Origin: Tubiluchus corallicola | Lineage: Eukaryota; Animalia; Priapulida | NCBI GenBank assembly: GCA_030141605.1 | Contig: JAQGDQ010000488.1 | Location: 103,602 to 167,601 of the forward strand | DNA length: 64,000 nucleotides | Direction: 5' to 3' | Shown: positions 13,241 to 27,214 of the stretch, piece by piece | Layout of the letters: every line of letters starts with the position of its first letter | Numbering within the stretch: position 1 is the first letter of the stretch | Position numbers and translations under genes: made by a program | Notes under the pieces: generated by a model | Seen by the model: the letters and a program-made list of their open reading frames with translations, nothing else | Told to the model about the DNA's origin: nothing | The model's database searches: none

Positions 13241-13534
13241 CGTGTGTACTTGCCCTTATTGTAAGTTTGGTTTCCTCACGTTTTAAGCATTTTCAGTTTT
13301 GCAAGCTAAACGATTTCTAGTCAAGAAATTTGCTGTCCAAAGAAGCCCGTCATCTCAGTTTGTATGTATCAAGTAACGTCGTTTCACACATGTCAAAACT
13401 TTGCAGTTATTGTTATTCGCGAGACGTTCGTTAATCAACGTTCAATTTTACACCAACATAACTCTGTGTCTGATTGACGTAACACAACATTTACACCAGG
13501 GGTTTCTCTTGTAAATTTCTTTTAAGTTCAAATA

Positions 13535-13746
13535 GTAAATAATAAATAATAAATAAAATAATAAATAATAAATAAATGATAAATGATAAATGATAAATGA
13601 TAAATGATAAATGATAAATGATAAATGATAAATGATAAATGATAAATGATAAATGATAAATGATAAATGATAAATGATAAATGATAAATGATAAATGATA
13701 AATGATAAATAATAAATAACAAATAATAAATAATAAATAATAAATC
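13535..13746. repeat. (AAATGAT/AAATAAT)n 7-bp repeat
   Basis: Directly visible. Confidence 0.95.
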
Positions 13747-13792
13747 AAGCCTATGTTTTTTTAATTTGTGGTGTCACACATCCAATTTTTCA

Positions 13793-14235
13793 TTAAAGGA
13801 AAATATCATGATTTTTCATAAAAGGAAAACATCATGATTTTTCATTAAAGGAAAACATAATGATTTTTCATTAAAGGAAAACATCATGATTTTCCATTAA
13901 AGGAAAACATCATGATTTTCCATTAAAGGAAAACATCATGATTTTCCATTTAATGGAAAACATCGTGATTTTCCATTAAAGGAAAACATCATGATTTTCC
14001 ATTAAAGGAAAACATCGTGATTTTCCATTTAATGGAAAACATCATGATTTTTCATTAAAGGAAAACATCATGATTTTACATTAAAGGAAAACATCATGAT
14101 TTTCCATTAAAGGAAAACATCATGATTTTCCATTAAAGAAAAACATCATGATTTTCCATTAAAGGAAAACATCATGATTTTTCATTAAAGAAAACATCAT
14201 GATTTTTCATTAAAGGAAAACATCATGATTTTTCA
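13793..14235. repeat. 26-bp tandem array (~17 units) of a transposon terminus
   Basis: Unit ttaaaggaaaacatcatgattttYca. The last unit runs on into the family A element. Confidence 0.93.
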
Positions 14236-14806
14236 TATCCGACCCATTTCAAAGTACGGTAAAAGTATACATTTTAAGGCCTATAATAATGCCAAAGCGT
14301 TTCTGGTAATCAAATAATAGGCTATGAAATTAATTAGCTGCAGGTTAGCCCAACCAGTGCTGACAACACAACTGAACATAATTTTCACCAGCACGAAACA
14401 TTCCATGGGCGTGTTGCGCGTGTTGCAAAAGCGATAATTGAAGTGTTGTGCGTATCTGATATAAAAAAACTCGGCAGATTTAAAATTTAAATTCAAATTT
14501 CAAGTTTACCGTTATGTTTACGCACGAGCTTTCGAACGTGTGCACTACGTCACAACTGAACACCCCTGAACCGAGAGGTACAGCACCTGTTTTTGGGTAC
14601 GCGTTTTTGAGATGCAGGCGGTAGTATCCGTCTAGCTAGTGAGGCGAAATGCATGTAACAGTGAAAGACTAGCAGCGCGAGTGCGAAATTACGTTTTTGT
14701 GGTTGTAATTCTTTCACGCAAGTTATTCTTGAAAAGTCTATTTCACTGAATATTCTACTGCGTAGGTCGTTTAGAGCTATAGTTTAAAATTGGGTGTGGT
14801 TTTCCT
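14214..14806 (+). mobile_element. TTAA-flanked Kolobok-like element, family A
   Basis: Ends gtggttttcct|TTAA (14807-10). Inverted homolog of 5530-6134. Confidence 0.8.
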
Positions 14807-14911
14807 TTAATAGAGAGCTGGTATGCAATCTGGAGCTATAGTGAGTAGTTTGCAGTTTGCCTATGTATCTAATGCTCTGCAGCGAACAAAACGTGTTAGC
14901 AAAATTTAATA

Positions 14912-15401
14912 GGTTTTACACGTCAAATGTAGACACAGGAAAGTTCAAATGTGACTTAGGTAAGTCAAATGTAGACATAAGAATTTTGAATGTGTTTTGG
15001 TAACTCAAATGTGACTTAGATAAGTCAAATGCAGATGCATTACTTTGAATAAATCGGTAATTAAGATATTTAAGTGCAAATTAGAAAAAGATAAACCAAA
15101 GATAGTGCATCTATTAGTAGACCTATAAAGTTATTATTTTCACAGCAATTATTAAATTGAAATTAAAGGAGATTAAATTTAACATCCTTAAACTTTACCA
15201 CCTATCCACATTTGAGATACCAATGTCACATTTGGCTTGACATGTGTCTACATTTGAGTTACCAAAACCGCTTAAGATTTGTTGAAAACCATTGTTAACA
15301 CATTTGAACTACCTAAGTCTACATTTCAGTTACCAAGACACATTTGAACTACCTAAATCTACATTTGAGTTAACGCAGGTCTACATTTGACATGTAAAAC
15401 C
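14912..15401 (+). mobile_element. GGTTTTAC-terminal MITE family, copy 2 (short subtype)
   Basis: Same TIRs and body as 39175-39669; ta flanks. Confidence 0.9.
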
Positions 15402-16287
15402 TATGTAAGCAAGTCAAAAAAAGTTATTAGATGCTATAATCAGATTTATCCTGTTTGCAAATTATCTACAGGCACAAGGAAACATTTCCTGTATTTTCAT
15501 CAGTTAATCTCACTCCTACAAACGTAAGTAACCTGATTCAAACAAGTTTTTAAATTTTGGATTTCCAATGTTACTTTTTCATTGTCTCAGAGTCTCAGAA
15601 AGATTGAACACTACGAAAGCGTATTACGACCATCATATCCGATTATAAAAAATCTGGATAGCAAAAAATCGAGTTATAACCAGATTTATCATCGTGGCCC
15701 TAATGTGCTTTCGTAGAATACTGTGTGCAAGTACAGTGTTTGTAAGCACGACGTATTTTGAAAGTGCTTTTTCATAATCTAAAAATGTATTTAACTCCTG
15801 CTGTTGATTAATTGCATTATTAACCTAAAGTGTTTTTATCATTTCATAACAATTTTGACCTGTATTTCACATAAAATCCAAATGCAATTTTTAGTTTAAT
15901 CAAGATTGACCTTATTTTGTTGCCTGCTAATTAAACTACATGTATATTCTTTTCTCTGGATTATATAGAAAATGTCATAATTTTAAAAATTACTATTGTT
16001 TCCTAAATTAAACTGATAACATTAATGCCCACCAGTGTCTAAAAATCTTTTTATCTACATTCGGTAAAGGATAGCAGACTAGGTGACTTTATAGTCTCTT
16101 CGCTATCCTTTCTCTAGTTCTAGATCTATCTATACATTTTAACCATTTTTCAAAACTTATTAGAGATTCTTTTATTAATCATGTTTTAGTGTAACACTAT
16201 AAAGAGATAAATAAATTGAAATTGAATTGAATTGAATTGAAAGTCCTAGAATGACTGTGAGAACAATGTAGTAGCAGAGGTTATTCA

Positions 16288-16686
16288 TTGTTTATGAAAA
16301 CCAATGTAAAAATTGGTCCTTGAAATGCGATAACCAAAGTGGTTATGCTTGGTGCGAGCTCATGTCTTTATGTTGTACTGAAGCATATCGCTAAGCAGCG
16401 GCCGACCAGCTAAGTGGGACTTGGCAATTGTTAGGTTATGTAGTTTGTACTAGAGAGAAAAGAATGATTTCATAAATGTGAAAATGGAAAAATTAGGTAT
16501 GTCAGTAAGAACAGGACAGCGCTAAAAAACAGTTTGCAGGAAGAGGGTCATGGGAGTAGGTTTACATATTGTAGTTTTAGTTTTTTGCGTGGTGATTATA
16601 TTCTCATTTTTGCAGGAGTGTAATTACTAATTATAAAATAGTTTGTGTTAATGGAGAGAAATTTTGCATACGTATAGTTATAATAT
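16288..16686 (-). mobile_element. Interspersed repeat, copy 2 of 547-946
   Basis: Aligns directly to 547-946 with near-identical end points. Confidence 0.7.
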
Positions 16687-16861
16687 TTTCAAATTTGTTC
16701 ACGTTTGCTTTTAGTCATGTTTACAAACACTTTCAGAGTCTTTCTGAGACTTTTTGACTAAACGTACGAATTCAAAATATTTTAAATGTACGAAGGAAAA
16801 AACTCGATCGTTCATTTAAAATTTACAAATTTGTTTAGATTCGCTTAGTTATGTTTTTATA

Positions 16862-17435
16862 GGTTTTACACGTCAAATGTAGACACAGGAAAGTTCAAAT
16901 GTGAATTAGGTAAGTCAAATGTAGACATAGGAATTTCAAATGTGTTTTGGTAACTCAAATGTGACTTAGGTAAGTCAAATGTAGATGCATTACTTTAAAT
17001 AAATCGGTAATTAAGTTATTTAAGTGCAAATTAGAAGAAGATAAACCGAAGATAGTGCATCTATTAGTAGGCCTATAACGTTGTTATTTTAACTTAAGAG
17101 CAATTATTAAATTGAAATTAAGGAAGATTAAATTTAACATCCTTAAACTTTACCACCTATCCACATTTGAGATACCAATGTCACATTTGACTTGACATGT
17201 GTCGACATTTGACTTACCAAAAATGCTTAAGATTTGTTGAAAACCATTGTTAACACATTTGAACTACCTAAGTCTACATTTGAGTTACCAAGACACATTT
17301 GAACTAACTAAGTCTACATTTGAGTTAACAAGACACATTTGAGTTACCAAAACACATTCGAATTTCCTATGTCTACATTTGACTTACCTAAGTCACATTT
17401 GAACTTTCCTGTGTCTACATTTGACTTGTAAAACC
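16862..17435 (+). mobile_element. GGTTTTAC-terminal MITE family, copy 3 (two left-type ends)
   Basis: tata flanks. The right end 17341-17435 is an inverted copy of the left end. Confidence 0.9.
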
Positions 17436-17954
17436 TATATTACCGTGCTTGTATAGCGTTTTCAGAGCTTTTGTGTGACTTGTAGACAATGAAAATAGTA
17501 AATGACAATCAATTTTGATTGAAAGTGATGGTAAGGCAAGCACATAACTTAGAGCGTCTAATATTGTCTGTGCATCGCTGCTTCTGCGACGCATGTAGAG
17601 CTAAAAGTTACATGTTTGGCTTCGGGCAACCCTACACGAAGCCAATTTGCTAATGACTTTACAACATGTATTGACAATACATTATTAATTAATTTGATGG
17701 CTAATTAGCTCTCAACAGATCAAGAAGAAAACTTGACGCGTAAGCTGTCGCTGTTAGTTTCTCGAATGGAGTTCAGAATTGAACATGGGTCATTGAGTTG
17801 TGGCCTATTTGGGTGTGACTGTAATACCGACAAGAACTCACTGTTTTAGTTTTTGGAAAAAACGCCCTGTCGCCTCGTTAGCTTTTCAATAAATTTTGAA
17901 TATTTGCAATTTTGTGTATCATAACTCTATCATAACCCGTTGTTAGGTACAGGC

Positions 17955-18190
17955 TAAATTTTATTCTGGTAAATTTGGTACGAGGATATTTTGGTACTGA
18001 AAAAATGTGCTACTAGGAATTTTTGGTGCAGGGAGATTTTGGCACTGGGAAATTTGGGTATAGGCAAAATATGGTTCTGGGGAATGTAAAACTGGGGAAG
18101 TTTTGTCAAGCATTTTGGTAAAAATAAATCTCGCACTGTGTGAAAATGGTACGGAACAGATTTGGTGCTAGGAGTATTTAGTCCAAGGGG
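17955..18190. repeat. Degenerate ~15-bp periodic repeat (aaatttggtac-like)
   Basis: Recurrent tttggtac/tttggcac/tttggtgc motifs at ~15-bp spacing. Confidence 0.5.
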
Positions 18191-18272
18191 AGACCGCCAA
18201 CAGACTCGTGGAGTTGATTCCATATTTTTATTATTCTGTTTGAGAAAAAGTTTTTAAAACAATCAAAAAAAC

Positions 18273-18670
<398 letters not shown>

Positions 18671-19681
18671 ACGATGTGTTCTTTGAAAATACGTTTCATG
18701 GTTTCATTCGTACAAAATTGCCTTTATGGACTAAACTTTATGGAGTAATTTTATCTAGACGTGTTGCTTTGCCTCAAAGCTCAACTAAAAAAAGCAAATG
18801 CAAATACAATCGTTTACCAAGTTAGGATCTACAACCAGCATTTGAGTTAATAATTGTAAAACAATCTTTGCGGGGGGATTTAAAGCTCAGCTGAAACAAT
18901 TCCACGTCTCTCCATGCTCTTTGTCAACCACAAAAACGTCATTGTGAAATGAATTTATTGATAGCAACGCTGCAATTTGTAAGATTTAATTAGCATTGCA
19001 TGTAAAATATGCTTCATCATTGGGATCTAAGTTGGACTGCACCTGGTGCATGTTAAGCTCAAACTTATTAATTAAATTGATAAAAGAAACAAGAATTATT
19101 TGTCGCTAATTAATTTGCTTCTGAAAAACGAAATGCAAGGCAAATCAAACCATCAGCAGAGAAGATATCTATCAGAAAATCTTGAACACGATTGGCCAAT
19201 TTGTGGAAAGTTTTTGTGTAATTCGTTGACAAGCTTCCTCAAATCTGTCGTCAGACATGCGTAGCAGGTGACAAACCACCCCACATATGAAGCCATAGAT
19301 CCTCAGCAGCATAGCTTTAAGATTTGAAGGCTCAGAGATGCTCAGGTGTGAAGCCACAAATGTTCGATCAGTCATTTATACATGCATGTATATATGATCT
19401 GATGCAGGTCACAGATGCCCAGATATACAGGTGCACCACGCTGTATGCCCATATATAGAAGTTACCTTTTAACTTCGCAGACCAGCATGTATTTAAATTC
19501 TGATCAAAAATAGTTGGACCTTCTAAACATCAACATTGGTAAACACGAATAATAACAATTTTTATTGAATATTTAGAATGCACTAACGGCAGTTTTTTAA
19601 CAAAAATGCCTAAAATAAAACACGTTCAAATTTAATGCAGATGTAGGCCTACGCATGTGTCACACGGATCATCTGTCTAAG

Positions 19682-20273
<592 letters not shown>

Positions 20274-20482
20274 GTATATATTTGTGAAGATCTTCATTGA
20301 AACTTATCTAGATCAAATTATGGTGCTACTCAAAATAAGTGATGTGAGTAAACCTAACATTTTTTCTAGAAAGTGCGTAAGTTTGAGTGGTAAACTAATA
20401 ATCACCAAACTTACCGATCTTATACAGTCAACGCAACATAGCAATACTTCTGCCCGAAAACCTTAATATAGCTGCCTTAGGA

Positions 20483-20992
20483 ACTAATGATCTGTTGAAG
20501 TTGTTATTGTTCGGAAAAGATGAATTTAACTATGTTGCTAACTGTAAAATATTCCAATGCATACATGACTTTATATTACGTACTAAACGCTTCCAGTAGT
20601 TTCTATCTGATATGAAATGCATCAGTCTTAAATATTCGTATATTAATATTTTCTAACAGTCATTTTCTACTAATGTCTAGTGTAATCTTGTAGTAAAACT
20701 TGTCAGCTTGTGTAGTTATAGTCAATTCTTACTGTAAATGTTACTAGTATCTAATGTAATCTTGTAGTAAAACTTGTCAGCTTGTGTAGTTATAGTCTAT
20801 TCTTACTTTAAATGTTACTAGTATCTAATTTAATCTTGTAGCAAAACTTGTCAGCTTGTGTAGTTATAGTCAATTTTTACTGTAAATGTTCGTGTAAATA
20901 GTATATAAAGTCTGTTGCGGTGAGGATCCTAAATCATGTTGTTCAAACTGTCTGATCCAATCCTAAATAAATTATGTTTAAACTAAACTAAC
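20483..20992 (+). mobile_element. 3' end of CR1-group LINE with a triplicated ~75-bp segment in the UTR
   Basis: Translation TNDLLKLLLFGKDEFNYVANCKIFQCIHDFILRTKRFQ* (20483-20599), three tandem ~75-bp units at 20677-20890, then aataaa and an (AACTA)n tail. Confidence 0.7.
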
Positions 20993-21378
20993 CTTTTCTT
21001 ATGTTGAGTAGGTTTGCATTTTTACACTGCATTCTCAAGTTAAGGAACACATTGTACTCGTTTTATGTTTTATCATACTCAAATCTTAAGATGTACTCAT
21101 TTCAAGATAAATCTGCCACATTCCATGTTAGACAGTGGTCATGCAACTGTAGTCGCTTGGGGTTTAATGTACAGTTGCATCTGGGTTGTATAATATCAAT
21201 TTCACTATTTTGCATGTCCATAAACTTAATGCAGAAAGTTTCAGTGTAGATAATAAAAAGTTACCGCCTCTATAAATAGCTAATACCTTATTTAACAGAA
21301 GTCACTTACGTTTGATTAACTTGTAACAACTGCATAGCGAGTTTACAATTCGACTCGATTAAAACGTTTGTATAATAT

Positions 21379-21727
21379 TGTTACGGAGGCACCTGTGTCG
21401 GGTCAGGTGTAGGGCCCTCTACACGCCCTGCTTCCACGTCAGCAGCGACTCACCCCTTTCTTGTAGGTCCAGACGTCTTGTTTGGGCCTACACGTGGTGT
21501 GAGAAGCCAGCTGACCTGGAATGTCAGTATAAAAGTGCGTAGAGGTCACTACAGTCTTGATTTCTGACATAGGTGCTCCTCGGATGTAGTGCTGTTACTG
21601 AGTTAGTTGGCTATTTTTTGTGCACGTGTATTTTGGTTCCCTATTTTTATTAACACTGTTAATAAACTCCGTACAGTGTAGTTTTTGTGTATTTTATTTA
21701 ATGAGAGTTAAATGACATGCTATAACA
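21379..21727 (+). mobile_element. Possible solo LTR (Gypsy/BEL-like)
   Basis: TGTTA...TAACA termini, GC-rich U3-like part, tataaaa at ~21528 and aataaa at 21661. No clear TSD. Confidence 0.45.
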
Positions 21728-22274
21728 GGTATAAGGTACTAGTCTACAGACATTAACTTGGTTAATCAGCATAACATTTGTAATTAACATTAACATTTGT
21801 AGTTAATAATCAGTTACACAACGATAGTAAAATGGATCTTCATGATGCGCAATATGAAGACCGCCATGCCATCTTGGAGTTCGACCCCCTGAGTCGAATT
21901 CGGTCCATTATCAATGGCTTTATTCTACATGTCCATAAACTTAGTGCAAAAAAGTTTCACTGCAGACAATAAAAAGTTAACGCTTCTATAAATAAACTTC
22001 TAACAAAGTTTTAAAAGCTGTACTGTTAAGTGAGGAAATGTCGATGAACACATGAACAGACAAAGATCTCTCTTTTACTGCCCGGTAAACAAAAAATTAG
22101 TCAGAAAATTTAAATTTTGCACTATATTTGTAAAAAATCAGATGTTTAGCTCTTTTTGCAGAAATATTTGTTGTACGGCGATATGAAGATACTTTTATTC
22201 TTACAGTTTGAGTGTATTTTACAATGTCTGTATGAGAAAATTGTTCAATTCAAAGGTAGACAAAAATTCAAAGC

Positions 22275-22870
22275 TTCAACAACTAACCTGAGAAAAACTT
22301 TAAAATTCCCAATCATTGAAGCACACAAAGAATATTTTACTCTGCTTTTTATATTTAAATACTTTAACAACATCAGCAAACCATTCTAGAATAACAGATT
22401 TACCTTTTCTCCAAATCCTATCGTTAATTCCAGAACAAGCAATCTAAAACAAATTAGGACAAATACCCACTATGGAACGAACTCTGTAATCAAACAAGCA
22501 ATTCTACTTTGGAATTCTCTACCATTACATGTTAAACAAATCAAGTCCCTATCAGCATTTAAAACAAAATTAAAATCACTAATATTAAACAGATATGAAA
22601 TACCATCACACCAGTACGACAACATACACACTAATTCAGAATTCATATACCCACGGCCATATTAATTAAATCATAATTTTTTGTGCATAGTTGTAAATAC
22701 GTTTGATTTTATTCGTCGTTACTTTCCATTACTGCACAGTAGTTTAGATTGCACTGACGCATTTGCCTTTAGCAGTGTAAGTTTTTATTAACTAACACTG
22801 ATTGATCATCTCTGTAAAGTTTTTATCAGTGATTATCAATGTATTTTAATGGCAAATAAAGATTATTATA
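22275..22870 (+). mobile_element. 3' end of CR1/L2-type LINE
   Basis: Translation NSRTSNLKQIRTNTHYGTNSVIKQAILLWNSLPLHVKQIKSLSAFKTKLKSLILNRY...IYPRPY* (22426-22665), UTR hairpin cactg...cagtg at 22752-22777, aataaa at ~22855. Confidence 0.85.
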
Positions 22871-22889
22871 TATATATATATATATATAT

Positions 22890-23699
<810 letters not shown>

Positions 23700-23708
<9 letters not shown>

Positions 23709-24075
23709 TTTTATTTCTGAAAATCAAATTTCCAACATGAGAATTACAAACTCGACGCATACCTGATGGTTTTATCAGCGGGCAGAGCTCGGGTAATGAT
23801 TTCCAGATCATACTAACAACTTGACTCAACATAGCTGCACAACGAATATACACAGATTTACAAATTTAGTTGCAAACTCTATGAAGCGAAAAAACTATTT
23901 ACAAAGCATTTGTACACATGTGATAAACAAATATTTTACCTATATGATAATCACAGTGATGCGGTTATGTGTCCGCTAACAAGGCTATACTATTTAATTC
24001 AAAAATCTACGCATACAGTCGTAAATGAAATTTCTAATTGGCATTAATTCTCCGTCAAATAAATTTGCAATATTA
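23700..24075 (-). mobile_element. Interspersed retroposon-like repeat with a (TCTA)n tail, copy 1
   Basis: Reverse complement of 45680-46053. Encodes IWKSLP (CR1/L2 WNSLP-like) followed by aataaa and the tail. Confidence 0.7.
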
Positions 24076-24673
24076 CTATAATTTAACGCGTTCAGTTGTA
24101 ATTGTAAATACAACGTAGTACAGTGACTTTGCAAATTTATATATGTGCTGTTTAATCGTTATTCTTGTTGTTGTAACTGTTTAATGAATTTGAAATGTAT
24201 GTTTGGAATAAACTATAAATCAAAATCAAATCAAATCGGATCAGTGTCATTTCCTCGAGTGTGAGTTTAGAAATTGTTTCCTTAAGAAAGGGGAATTCTA
24301 AAGTAAGCCTATATTACAAAGAACTTGCCATAGAAAGATTCGCTGCTTGGTACTATCCTTACCTGTGTTTTTATGTGATTAGAAGAGAAAATTCTTAATA
24401 TTTTAAAATGCACGCGCGAGCTAGCAAAACGGCACTGCATCGCCATCCCAGTGTGCACCACTGGCTCACCAACAGCTCTGCGTCGCCATCCCAGTGTGCA
24501 CCACTGATTCACCCACAGCACTGCGTCGCCATCCCAGTGTGCACCACTGGCTCACCAACAGCTCTGCGTCGCCATCCCAGTGTGCACCACTGATTCACCC
24601 ACAGCACTGCGTCGCCATCCCAGTGTGCACCACTGGCTCACCAAAATACGTTACTGATCTTGTTGACAAGTAT

Positions 24674-25217
24674 GGTTGGCATCCTTCTATCTCGGAAGAC
24701 AATGGAGTGTGCGCCAAGAGAGTCAGTTATTGATCACATTGATGGAGCTACAGCGTCGACTGTGGCTGAGCAGTCCGATCCTTGAACCACCGGAGTGACC
24801 TCTCCAGGGCGCCCGCCTGGGCAAGGTGTATGGAGATCCTGAGTTGCCCAGACAAGAGGAACTCCCCCTTTTCCTCCTGGTGTAGTCTAAAGGAAAGCAG
24901 AGCGATACATTTGGCACCAGGTTGGCTGCAGGAGCTGTCAGAGTCAGTGAGCATGCTGCACTGGTCCGCCTTCGGGGCTCCACTCATGATTTGGAAGGTT
25001 TACTCCTCTACATATGGCCGTTGGCTCACTTGACCTCCTCCGCCCTCTAGCCGTTGGCTACTTGTGCAGCTTCTCCGAATAGTGTCGAGATACAGTGTGG
25101 GCATTCCGCAAGCCTACAGCACCTGGTATTCCTAGGCCGTCACCCATCCAAGTACTAACCAAGTACGTTGCTTAACTTCGGTGATCAGACGAGAACCGGT
25201 GTTTTCAACATGATTTG
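24674..25217 (-). mobile_element. 5S rRNA-headed SINE with RTE-like bipartite body
   Basis: 5S head at 25111-25217. The GC-rich body resembles (from memory) RTE 5'-UTR plus RTE 3' end (ccattgtcttccgagatagaaggatgccaa). TSD ttgacaagtat at 24663-73 and 25276-86. Confidence 0.75.
25111..25217 (-). pseudogene. 5S rRNA-derived sequence (SINE head or pseudogene)
   Basis: agcctacagcacctggtattcc...cacccatccaagtactaacc...gttgcttaacttcggtgatcagacgagaaccggtgttttcaac is the reverse complement of invertebrate 5S rRNA. It has a short internal deletion, lacks ~9 nt at the 5' end and has no T-run terminator. Confidence 0.92.
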
Positions 25218-26072
25218 AATATATAAGTATAAAAGTATATAACAAGCACATGTTATATTGTATTTACATGTTATATTGACAAGTATATAACGTTAGTAAA
25301 CCTTTGCTTAGTTAGGGAAGCGTGCGCTACGAATGCTCTGATTAGTTTTCAGCTTTACCCAATAGTACCTAAACTTGTTTCAAACGTCTTCCAGTTAAAA
25401 TGGCTGCGCCTAACTGTCATCACGGGAGTTTAAATTTACATGTTTTATACAGCGTTACTGCTAACCTAAGTTCTGTGTGAAATAACACAGCATGTAAGTG
25501 GTACGAAAGACAATTTTTAAGCTTTATTTATGAGTGTTTTCTTGTGCTTTAAGAAAATGTGGTTAAGAAAAAGCAGTAAAGTCTCGTGCCGCTGCTGCGC
25601 TCGAACCTGTGACTTCTTGTTTACATAGCTTAGCTATGACATTGACGCTGACACTACAGTTCACCGCGTGCCTTAAAATTATAACAAAAAATTTCAAGTG
25701 ATTTAAAAAATAGTACATTTATAAAAAGAAAAAGTAACTCAAAATTTAGATACGCAAAACTAGCCAGATGATGGAGCAGCATGGATAATTTCAAGATCCA
25801 ATTTTCAGATTTAGAAGCGGCCCTAGACAGACAAACACAAACATATTTTACATCGAGGTTTGATAAAATAAAATGTAAACAGGTGTAGGAAACCAAAAAG
25901 TTGTACATTTTGAGAAGGACAAAACAGAAGCAATAACAAAAATGACATATAGGAGTAAGCAAAAAAGCCCCTTTATTTCCAATGTAGTTTTGAATATGTA
26001 TATGTATATATATATGAATATGTATAATTTGTATATGACATTAAATTAGTTTAAATACATTTTCTTGCAGAA

Positions 26073-26152
26073 ATGAAGGCATACCTGTGGATATTTCTGG
26101 TGGTTTTGGTTCTTTTGCAAACGTTACGGAAATGTGATTCAATAGACTGCAG
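26073..26152 (+). CDS. Candidate first coding exon encoding a signal peptide (MKAYLWIFLVVLVLLQTLRKCDSIDC)
   Basis: Strong acceptor tttcttgcag (26061-70), aaATG, basic-hydrophobic-polar signal peptide pattern, donor ag|gtaaaa. Confidence 0.45.
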
Positions 26153-26363
26153 GTAAAAGATGTTCTACAGCTTCAGTTATTATTAGAATTGCGTGGATAT
26201 GATAGTTTCAGATGGTCATAATTTTATAAAAACAAGTAATCAAAATGTTTGTGTTTGTAAATATCTTAATCAAAATGCAAACAAAATTTACAAGTAATCA
26301 AAATATCTTAAGGCAGAATTAAAAGTATTAATACTAAATTTTGCTTTCGTTTTCTGCTGTGCT

Positions 26364-27214
<851 letters not shown>

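Larger units (their letters stand above)
24283..25552 (+). mobile_element. TTAA-type DNA element family B, interrupted by a SINE and containing a 35/36-bp tandem array (24432-24642)
   Basis: Both flanks of the SINE align with the reverse complement of the uninterrupted copy at 40683-41135. Confidence 0.65.

Noticed and set aside
25111-25217. Functional 5S rRNA gene
   Set aside because: Internal deletion, missing 5' end, no oligo-T terminator and not in a tandem array.
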